39,052 nt of DNA, from the NCBI GenBank assembly GCA_038231435.1, contig JBBRLJ010000047.1, positions 1-39,052 on the forward strand. Reading direction: 5' to 3'. Below, piece after piece: positions 1-6,813 of this stretch (position 1 is the stretch's first letter; the number at the start of each line of letters is the position of its first letter). Position numbers and translations under genes: made by a program. The notes below the pieces were generated by a model, which was not told where the DNA came from, did no database searches, and saw only the letters and a list, made by a program, of their open reading frames with translations. This DNA comes from Planctomycetota bacterium (lineage in GTDB: Bacteria > Planctomycetota > UBA11346).

Positions 1-55
1 CGCACCACGGTGGAATCAGCCCGAGGGCCATCGTGAACAGGGGGTTGGTGTCCAT
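1..55 (-). CDS. ISL3-family transposase, N-terminal fragment (partial, not in ORF track)
   Basis: ATG at 55 reads MDTNPLFTMALGLIPPWC..., matching the LFxxALGLxPPW N-terminus typical of one ISL3 transposase clade. Only 18 codons are visible. Confidence 0.7.
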   Translation of the reverse strand, partial: MDTNPLFTMALGLIPPWC

Positions 56-115
56 GCCGGACAACCTGGGCCTTCATGTGCGCCTGCAAGGACCCACGGG
101 AAACGACGCAGAGCC
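1..115 (-). mobile_element. Left end of a probable ISL3-family insertion sequence (runs off the window)
   Basis: The minus strand starts GGCTCTGCGTCGTTTCCCGTGGGT (115-92), resembling ISL3 terminal inverted repeats (GGCTCT...). An AT-rich 8-mer TTATTTTA (116-123) flanks it, as expected for an ISL3 target duplication. A transposase-like N-terminus begins 60 nt inside. Confidence 0.75.
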
Positions 116-216
116 TTATTTTACAGGACGGGCTGCGGAGGCACCGGATGAAAAGAGAGAATCCATGCCTACCAGGGTTTCCCCTAGCGGACACGGATTC
201 GCTCATCGTTCCGTAA

Positions 217-580
217 TGGTGGAGGCGCGGGGAATCGAACCCCGGTCCGAGCTAGTACGCGCGACGCGTCTACATGCGTAGGCAGTCATTGTTTCTCGTC
301 ACCAGCCAAGGCGTCTGCCAACCCGAGCTGATGACCAGCCTGATATCTCTCGCCGCCGGTAGTCAGACAGCTCCGTCAGCCAGCCCATGAGTATTATGGA
401 GGCCCGCATCAGCATAGGCACTGATGCGGCTCCGCTCGTCGCTTAGTTTTTAATTAAGCAGCGAGAGCGTACTCGACGTGATCGTCGGCACTTATTTTTT
501 TTGCTGGTTATTAGCGTGGCCTCCAGCACCACGGCACGCGGCAATCGCCGTTGCACACTCGTCGAAACCTGTTCGCCCCC
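217..580 (-). ncRNA. ssrA: tmRNA (SsrA), 364 nt, tag peptide (A)ADDHVEYALAA
   Basis: The 5' end GGGGGCGAACAGGTTTCGAC pairs with the 3' end ...GGTTCGATTCCCCGCGCCTCCACCA (G-U alanine identity pair, T-loop, encoded CCA). The tag ORF at 489-454 follows ATAAGT and ends YALAA-TAA. Confidence 0.97.
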
Positions 581-620
581 GTATGGAATGTCAAAGATGA
601 GAGGAAGGCGGGAAGCGGGA

Positions 621-718
621 GAAGACTGAAGACTGAAGACTGAAGACTGAAGACTGAAGACTGAAGACTGACAGCGGAAAGCGGAAAGCGGAAAGCGGAA
701 AGCGGAAAGCGGAAAGCG
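621..718. repeat. Compound heptamer tandem repeat (GAAGACT)x7-GACAGCG-(GAAAGCG)x6
   Basis: Read directly: 14 consecutive 7-bp units in one unbroken register, 40 bp upstream of the tmRNA 5' end. Confidence 0.97.
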
Positions 719-868
719 GAGCATACCCGCCGAGCGGCTGAACATTCATTATGCGACGGCGGGACAGACGAGAAAGGGAAACCCCAGTCGCCTGACATCG
801 ATGAAAAAGCCAGTAATATGGCCACTTGTCGTCAGCTTCCAGACCTCCCTGTAGTCGGCTTCCAAGGC

Positions 869-990
869 GGGGGCAGCGCGGCGTGAGGCCCCGGTCGGTA
901 GGGGCAGCGCGATGATGGGGGGATCGCGAAGCGATCTCAGATGCCCTTTGAGGCATCTGCCGTCCGCAGGAAGTAGCCCCCAACTGACAG
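869..990 (-). repeat. Dispersed REP/MITE-like hairpin element, copy 1 (related to 36227-36277)
   Basis: Shares blocks GGGGGCAGCGCGG, AGCGCGATGWTGGGGGG and GTAGCCCCC(C)AACYGACAG with copy 2. It abuts the PhyH stop codon and has an extra internal hairpin CAGATGCC-CTTTGA-GGCATCTG. Confidence 0.75.
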
Positions 991-1815
991 CTAGAGCATC
1001 CTGCCGCCGCAGGGACTGGCGGCGCCGGGGACCAGGCGCTTGGTCACCGGCGTGCCGTCGGTGGCGAACAGTGGCGCGTAGTATTCGCCGACCTCGTCGC
1101 TGCGGTCGCGGCCGATGTAGTGGCAGATGAAGGAGCGACGCCAGCGGGTGGTGGATTCGTTCTTCTGCGAGCCGTGGACCAGGCTGCCGTTGAAGAACAG
1201 GCAGTCGCCGGAGCGCAGCTTCACCTCGACCAGCTTCTTCGGGTCCGGCTGCCATTGGATGGTGCCCCACTCGTTCACGCCGCCGCTTTCCGGGCAGACG
1301 ATGTCGCCGACGTGGCTGCCGGGCAGCACGTACAGTCCGCCATTGCCGGCGTCGGCGTCGTCCACCGCAAGCCACGCGGCCATGCAGGTCGAGGGGCGGG
1401 ACTTGAGGTAGAAGTTGTCTTGATGGAAGCCCTGACCCTCGGAGCCGGGCTGCTTGTAGTAGAACATGCTCTGCACGGCGACCGGCTCGTCCTGCATCAG
1501 GTCGCGCATCACGGAAATCGCGCCGGCATCGAGCATCTGCCGTTTGGCGAGGTCGTCCCAGCGGTGCGGCTGCATCATGCGCGGATACTGCGCAAGCAGG
1601 CGCTCGCTCTCGTCGTAGCGGCCGGGCACCCCGCCGAGCGCGTGCAGGGCCATGAAGTGGGCGCGCAGGGCGTCGATGCGCGCAGGATCCACCAGCCCAC
1701 GAGCGACGTGGAAGCCGTCGCGAGCGTAGGCGGCCATCTCGACCGTGGTCAGGGCGGAGGCGGCGGACGTGGGCAGTGGATTCGGGGCGGAGGCCATCTG
1801 TACGGAAGTTGTCAC
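991..1815 (-). CDS. Phytanoyl-CoA dioxygenase (PhyH) family Fe(II)/2-oxoglutarate dioxygenase
   Basis: DGFHV N-terminal motif, HQD iron-binding motif (GFHQDNFY), NGGLYVLPGSH, distal HGS and RRS. Start chosen at GTG 1815 (GGGAG upstream); the ORF extends to 1866. Confidence 0.9.
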   Translation of the reverse strand: MTTSVQMASAPNPLPTSAASALTTVEMAAYARDGFHVARGLVDPARIDALRAHFMALHALGGVPGRYDESERLLAQYPRMMQPHRWDDLAKRQMLDAGAISVMRDLMQDEPVAVQSMFYYKQPGSEGQGFHQDNFYLKSRPSTCMAAWLAVDDADAGNGGLYVLPGSHVGDIVCPESGGVNEWGTIQWQPDPKKLVEVKLRSGDCLFFNGSLVHGSQKNESTTRWRRSFICHYIGRDRSDEVGEYYAPLFATDGTPVTKRLVPGAASPCGGRML

Positions 1816-1946
1816 TTCTGACTCCCTGGGGATCACGGATTGGGTGATATGGCAGGAATATAGCATATCTTATCATTGAAATGGAATGCACGGGGATGCC
1901 GTATACCTACACTTCCTTGCTATGACGATCGACCAGGGGTGGCGCC

Positions 1947-2900
1947 GTGCCGGCCCGTGACCCCCTCCCCGCCGCTCGCTCGGAGACGCCGTACCGACAG
2001 CACGACGGCGTGGTCGCCCACCGCCTGCGCTTCGACCAGCGTCTGCGCACCTACCGAGCCGCCGGGACACCAGATTGGCTGCTGATGGTCACGGTGGCGG
2101 GAAGCGGCCGGATCGACCACGCGCGCGGCTCGACCATCGTGACCGCCGGCGAGTGCCTGCTGTACGCGCCGCGCACGCCGCACGATTTCGGCAACCTCGT
2201 CGACGTAAGCGACCCGGACATGCCTGGCGGAAATGCCGGCAGCGTTGCCGACCTCCGGTGGGAGGTGCTGTGGTCGCACTTCCTGCCGTCGGCGAACTGG
2301 GCCGAATGGCTGCGTTGGCCCGAGCTCGCGCCAGGACTGCACCATGCGCGCGCTGACGGCGAGCAGCTGCGCGAGATCGTGGTGGTGATGGAGAAGCTGA
2401 TGCGCCGCGCGCAGGATCCGCGCGGCGCTTCCCGTGACGATTCCGGCGACGCTCCTGGATCAGCGCCGCGCGCGCATCCGCGCGCAGCGGCGCTCGCGGC
2501 GAACGCGCTCGAGGAAGCGCTGCTGCTGTGCGACGCGCTGGATCCACGCGGCCCGGGCGCGCGCATCGACGCGCGCGTGCGCGCCGCGATGGCGTTCATG
2601 GCCGAGGAGATCGGCCGCCCCCTGCGCCTGGGCGAGATCGCTCGCGCCAGCGGGCTGTCGGTCTCGCGCCTTGCCCACCTTTTCAGCGACCAGGTCGGTA
2701 CGCCCATCCAGGACTGGCTCGAGACCCAGCGCATCGAGCGCGCCTGCCAGCGCCTGGCGCTGACCACCGAGCCGGTATCGGCGATCGGCGCATCGTTGGG
2801 CTTCCCGAATGCGTTCTATTTCTCGCGCCGTTTCGCCAAGCGCACCGGGCTCAGCCCGCGCGCCTATCGGCAGCAGGGTCGGCAGGGCGGCGCGCCGTGA
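1947..2900 (+). CDS. AraC-family transcriptional regulator
   Basis: N-terminal cupin-like ligand domain. C-terminal double HTH: SGLSVSRLAHLF...RIERACQRL...LGFPNAFYFSRRFAKRTGLSPRAYR. Confidence 0.93.
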   Translation: MPARDPLPAARSETPYRQHDGVVAHRLRFDQRLRTYRAAGTPDWLLMVTVAGSGRIDHARGSTIVTAGECLLYAPRTPHDFGNLVDVSDPDMPGGNAGSVADLRWEVLWSHFLPSANWAEWLRWPELAPGLHHARADGEQLREIVVVMEKLMRRAQDPRGASRDDSGDAPGSAPRAHPRAAALAANALEEALLLCDALDPRGPGARIDARVRAAMAFMAEEIGRPLRLGEIARASGLSVSRLAHLFSDQVGTPIQDWLETQRIERACQRLALTTEPVSAIGASLGFPNAFYFSRRFAKRTGLSPRAYRQQGRQGGAP

Positions 2901-2935
2901 ATCCCAGGGCAGGCCCGTAGGCTTCCCCGCGGAGG

Positions 2936-3550
2936 TCAACGCGGGCGCTTGCCCGTCGCCGGTTTCTTCGCGGAGGGCTTCTGCTTCCGCGCGACCGGCT
3001 TCCTGTGCGGTTTCCGACCGGAGGCGGTCTTCGCGACCGGCTGCTCGAGCCTCTTCGCGACCTTTTTCGCGACGAGGCGTTCGACCTGCGGAAGCGCCGG
3101 CTGATCGGCGAGCGCCACGATGAAGGCGTACTGCTCTGGCGTTACCGGCGAGACCGACAGCCGGCCGTGGGTGAGCAGCACCATGCCGGCGAGCTCGGGC
3201 CGCGCGCGCAGTTCATCCAGCGGCACCAGGCGCGGCAGCACGCGCACGAATTCGACGTCGACCATCATCCAGCGCGGCTTCTCGGGCGTCGACTTGGCGT
3301 CGAAATAATCCGACGACGGATCCCAGGCGGTGTGGTCGGGGTAGGCCGTGCGGATCACGCGAGCGAGACCGGCGACGCCAGGGGGAGCCGCGTTGGAATG
3401 GTAGAACAGCACCTGATCGCCGACCGCCATCGCCATCATGTGGTTGCGCGCCATGTAATTGCGCACGCCGTCCCACGAGTTGGTGCGCTTGTCGCGCAGA
3501 TGCTCGATGCCGAAGACATCGGGCTCCGATTTCATCAGCCAGTGACGCAT
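2936..3550 (-). CDS. EVE domain protein with Lys/Ala/Pro-rich basic C-terminal tail
   Basis: Signature WLMKSEP, WDGVRNYMARN, GDQVLFYHS and RLSVSPV. ATG at 3550 lies 2 nt after the upstream stop. Confidence 0.93.
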   Translation of the reverse strand: MRHWLMKSEPDVFGIEHLRDKRTNSWDGVRNYMARNHMMAMAVGDQVLFYHSNAAPPGVAGLARVIRTAYPDHTAWDPSSDYFDAKSTPEKPRWMMVDVEFVRVLPRLVPLDELRARPELAGMVLLTHGRLSVSPVTPEQYAFIVALADQPALPQVERLVAKKVAKRLEQPVAKTASGRKPHRKPVARKQKPSAKKPATGKRPR

Positions 3551-3552
3551 GG

Positions 3553-4305
3553 TCAGGATCCCGGATCGGTGAGCGCGAGGCGCAGGGGTTGGAATTCGGT
3601 CACGTACCAGTCGGCGCCGGCCTGGACCGGGGCGCGCGCGGCGATGCCACCGTAGCCGATGAAGAGGTCGGCCGGGGGGCGGGCCTCCATGTCGGTGACG
3701 CCGTCGCCGATCATCACCAGCGGCTCGTAGCCGTGCGCGCGCTTGAGCCCGGCCAGCGCCACGCCCTTGCCACCGCTGCGCGCGGTGGGGCACGCGGGGT
3801 CGAAGGTCATGACTCCGCCCACACCTTGCGCGCCCTGCGCGCCCTGCGCGCCCTCCGCTCGATTGACGGGCACGAAGCGGTTGGCGATGACGCGATCGGG
3901 TGGCAGGCGCAGCATCTCGGCCAGCGGCAGCACGAACGGCTCGAAGCCGCCAGAGACCAGATACACCGCGGTTCCCCGGCGTTCCAGCGCCTCGACCAGC
4001 TGGGCGATGCCTGGATTCAGGCGCGGGGGATGCGCGAGCAGGCAGGCCTCGATCATGGCGCGCGTCGGGCGGATCAGTTCGAGTCGCGCGCGCAATGCGT
4101 CCTGGAAGTTCATGCCTCCGCCCATCGCCGATCGCGTCAGCTCGGCGACGCGATCGCCGACCTTTGCGAACGCGGCGAGCACGTCGATGCCTTCGTCGGG
4201 GCTGACGGTGCTATCGACATCGAAGCACACCGCCTGCGCGCGCCGCCATGCCGCCAGCGCCGCCGCCGTCGGCTTGGACGGTGTCGACGGGGACGTCGCG
4301 GCCAT
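3553..4305 (-). CDS. HAD-IB phosphoserine phosphatase, eukaryote-like type
   Basis: AVCFDVDST motif I, EGIDVLA, AMGG, LVSGGF motif II, GGK, MIGDGVTDMEA motif IV and ADWYV. Confidence 0.9.
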   Translation of the reverse strand: MAATSPSTPSKPTAAALAAWRRAQAVCFDVDSTVSPDEGIDVLAAFAKVGDRVAELTRSAMGGGMNFQDALRARLELIRPTRAMIEACLLAHPPRLNPGIAQLVEALERRGTAVYLVSGGFEPFVLPLAEMLRLPPDRVIANRFVPVNRAEGAQGAQGAQGVGGVMTFDPACPTARSGGKGVALAGLKRAHGYEPLVMIGDGVTDMEARPPADLFIGYGGIAARAPVQAGADWYVTEFQPLRLALTDPGS

Positions 4306-4307
4306 GG

Positions 4308-5156
4308 TCAGTGCGGCTGGGCCGCGGTCAGGTAGCCGATGATGCGGCTGATCTCGGCGCGCATGTCCTGCCGCGCGACGATGATGTCGATCTGGCCATG
4401 CTTCATCACGAACTCGCTGGTCTGGAAACCCTCGGGCAGCTCCTGCTTGATGGTCTCCTTGATCACGCGCGCGCCGGTGAAGCCGATCAGCGCCCTCGGC
4501 TCGGCGAGGATGACGTCGCCGAGCGAGGCGTAGCTCGCCATCACGCCGGCCATGGTCGGATTGGTGAGCACCGAGATGTACGGCAGGCGCGCCTCGGCGT
4601 GGCGGCCGAGCGCGGCGCTGGTCTTGGCCATCTGCATCAGCGACAGCGCGCCCTCTTGCATGCGTGCGCCGCCCGAGCTCGAGATGATGACCACTGGCAT
4701 GCGCGCGGCGGTCGAGCGTTCGATCATGCGTGTCAGCTTCTCGCCGACCACCGAACCCATCGAGCCGCCGTGGAAGGCGAACTCCATCACGCCCAGGCCG
4801 ATGGGCCGCTTGTCGATGGCGCCCGTCCCGCACAGCACGGCGTCCTTGAGGCCAGTCTTGGCCTGCGACTGCGCGATGCGATCGGGATAGCCCTTGGTGT
4901 CGACGAAGCCGAGCGGATCCCCGCTGGTCATGCCGAAGTCCCACTCGTGCCAACTGCCCGGGTCGACCAGGATCTCGATGCGCCGCTGCGCGGGCATCGG
5001 GAAGTGGTGGTTGCACTCCGGGCAGGTGTCGAGGCGCTCCTCGACCAGGCGCTTGAACACGGTCTTGGAGCAGCCCGGGCACTTCACCCACAGGCCGTCG
5101 GGGATCTTCTTGGGATCGCGCCCAGCGGCGTTGCGACGCAGACGGTCGAGGACCAT
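4308..5156 (-). CDS. accD: Acetyl-CoA carboxylase carboxyltransferase beta subunit
   Basis: Zn ribbon GLWVKCPGC...CPEC, GGSMGSVVGEK, SGGARMQEG, SLMQMAKTS, LPEGFQTSEF. GGAG RBS before ATG 5156. Confidence 0.97.
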   Translation of the reverse strand: MVLDRLRRNAAGRDPKKIPDGLWVKCPGCSKTVFKRLVEERLDTCPECNHHFPMPAQRRIEILVDPGSWHEWDFGMTSGDPLGFVDTKGYPDRIAQSQAKTGLKDAVLCGTGAIDKRPIGLGVMEFAFHGGSMGSVVGEKLTRMIERSTAARMPVVIISSSGGARMQEGALSLMQMAKTSAALGRHAEARLPYISVLTNPTMAGVMASYASLGDVILAEPRALIGFTGARVIKETIKQELPEGFQTSEFVMKHGQIDIIVARQDMRAEISRIIGYLTAAQPH

Positions 5157-5217
5157 GGGCTCTCCAGACGGGGACTGTAGCGCCTGGTGCGAAGGGGCAA
5201 CCCGGGCGCGCCCTCGC

Positions 5218-5248
5218 CTGCTTCGACTGCCTCGACTGCCTCGACTGC
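5218..5248. repeat. 9-bp tandem repeat (CTGCYTCGA)x3.4 in the divergent accD/SH3 intergenic region
   Basis: CTGCTTCGA-CTGCCTCGA-CTGCCTCGA-CTGC read directly. Confidence 0.85.
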
Positions 5249-5330
5249 ATAACCCGCGAGCATCCCTCCCCCTGGTCCGTGCCTTGGCATTCGCCTCGGC
5301 GGATCTAGGCTGCGCGCTGGAGACCGCTCC

Positions 5331-6656
5331 ATGCCCAGCCGTCTGAACGCCGCCTTCCCTACGTCGATCCTGCCGCTGCGCTGGGCGCTGACCGCGGCCT
5401 TGGTGGTCGCCTGCAGCTCCCCCAGCCTGCTCTCCGTCGCTTGCGCCGCAGATGGCGGCGAGGCTCCGCAAGCCGGCATGTCCGCGACCATGGCGGTGAA
5501 GGGCAATGTGCGCTACGGGCCCAGCACCAAGGCCAAGGCGGTGTGCAGCTTGGACGCTGGCGAACCGCTCGAGGTCATCGGCAAGGCCGAAGTGCCCGAC
5601 TGGTTCGTGGTGCGCTTCCCGCAGAAGGGCCAGGCCTGGGTCCACGGCAAGAACCTGCAGGCGGTCGATGGCGGCAAGCGCTGGAAGGTGATCAGCGATG
5701 GCACCAAGGCGCGCGACGACGCGACGCTCAAGGGCGCGATCGTCGCCGAGCTCAGTGTGGGCGAGGTCATCGACGACCGCAACCGCGCCGTGGGCGACTG
5801 GCACGCGGTCTACATCCCGAGCGCAATCGCCTATGCGCACAAGAGCGTGCTCAACCTGCCGAGCGCCGACGCGATCAAGCAGCAGCAGGACCGCGCCGAC
5901 AAGGCCCAGGCCACCTGGGAGTCCGCGCAGTCGCGCTACCGCCAGCTCTACAAGAAGCTGCAGGACAATCCCGAGGCCGCGCTCGATCTCGATTCGTCGC
6001 TCTTCGACCAGCTCGAGGTGGTGATCAAGGATCACGCCGATGCGGCCGTGCGCCTGTCGGCGCAGCGCATCAAGGACGGCGTCACCAAGGTCATCGAGAC
6101 CTGCAAGGCGCTGCGCGATTCGCGCAATGCCACGCCCCAGCATCCCGCGACCACCAGCGGCGGCACGACCGGAGGCGCGGTAGCGACCACCGGCGGCACC
6201 ACAGGAGGAACCGTCGCCAAGACCACGGGTGGCGCGACCACCGGTGGCACCACCACCACCGCCACGCCAGCGGCCACCACCAGCGGCGGCACGGGTGGAG
6301 GCACCGGCGAGCTCGCGGTGCCCGACGATGCGCACACGCCAGCGGCGACGCCGACCAATCCCACTCCGAAACTACCCACGCCCGTCGCCAATAGCGGCGC
6401 CTTCGCCGCGGTCGGCTTCGTCAGCGAGAACAGCGAATATCCCAAGGTCAGCGCCACCAATCTGCTGCTCGACGGCAACAGCAAGGTGGTCGCCTTCCTC
6501 AGCGTGAAGACCGGCGCCACCGTCAATCTCGCCGAATACTACTGGCGCTGGGTCGGCGTCACCGGCGACGTCCAGGACCTCGACCAGGCTCTGCACGGGA
6601 TGGGCACGAAGATCCCCCTGATCATCGTGGATGGCGTGGCGTTGGTGAAGAAGTGA
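5331..6656 (+). CDS. Exported protein with two SH3b-like domains, helical region, Thr/Gly-rich linker and C-terminal beta domain
   Basis: Hydrophobic N-terminus. NVRYGPST...LDAGEPLEVIG...WFVV...AWVH is SH3b-like, with a second similar unit. TTGG low-complexity linker. Codon usage fits this strand. Confidence 0.75.
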   Translation: MPSRLNAAFPTSILPLRWALTAALVVACSSPSLLSVACAADGGEAPQAGMSATMAVKGNVRYGPSTKAKAVCSLDAGEPLEVIGKAEVPDWFVVRFPQKGQAWVHGKNLQAVDGGKRWKVISDGTKARDDATLKGAIVAELSVGEVIDDRNRAVGDWHAVYIPSAIAYAHKSVLNLPSADAIKQQQDRADKAQATWESAQSRYRQLYKKLQDNPEAALDLDSSLFDQLEVVIKDHADAAVRLSAQRIKDGVTKVIETCKALRDSRNATPQHPATTSGGTTGGAVATTGGTTGGTVAKTTGGATTGGTTTTATPAATTSGGTGGGTGELAVPDDAHTPAATPTNPTPKLPTPVANSGAFAAVGFVSENSEYPKVSATNLLLDGNSKVVAFLSVKTGATVNLAEYYWRWVGVTGDVQDLDQALHGMGTKIPLIIVDGVALVKK

Positions 6657-6670
6657 GATGGGAGAATTGA

Positions 6671-6775
6671 GAAGACCGAAGACCGAAGACCAAAGCGGAG
6701 AAGCCTCAAGCCTCTCCGCTTCTAGCTTCTAGCTTCTAGCTTCGATCTTCCGTCTTCCCGTCTTCCCGTCTTCCC
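6671..6775. repeat. Inverted compound microsatellite: (GAAGACC)x3 - hairpin - (GCTTCTA)x3 - (GTCTTCCC)x3
   Basis: Units at 6671-6691, 6718-6738 and 6752-6775. Central stem AAGCGGAGA (6693-6701) pairs with TCTCCGCTT (6713-6721). The outer GAAGAC and GTCTTC cores are complementary. Confidence 0.9.
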
Positions 6776-6813
6776 CCTTCCCTCCCCCCCTCCCTCCTCA
6801 TCCTGTCCCGCCG

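Noticed and set aside
621..718. Possible CRISPR array (also 10515-10578)
   Set aside because: Units are 7-8 bp with no unique spacers, and there are no cas genes in the window.
443..983. ORFs with LSAFRFP / SLQSSVF repeats
   Set aside because: These are translations of the heptamer array and overlap tmRNA; they are not credible proteins.
6148..6310. ACCACC/GGCGGC repetitive tract
   Set aside because: It encodes a Thr/Gly linker with synonymous variation, so it is protein-level low complexity rather than a DNA element.
4308..6335. 675 aa extended AccD and other long overlapping or antisense ORFs (e.g. 6829-8388, 8503-10137, 13365-15032, 27422-29197)
   Set aside because: Shadow ORFs expected in high-GC DNA. 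The real genes have family motifs and RBS- or overlap-supported starts.
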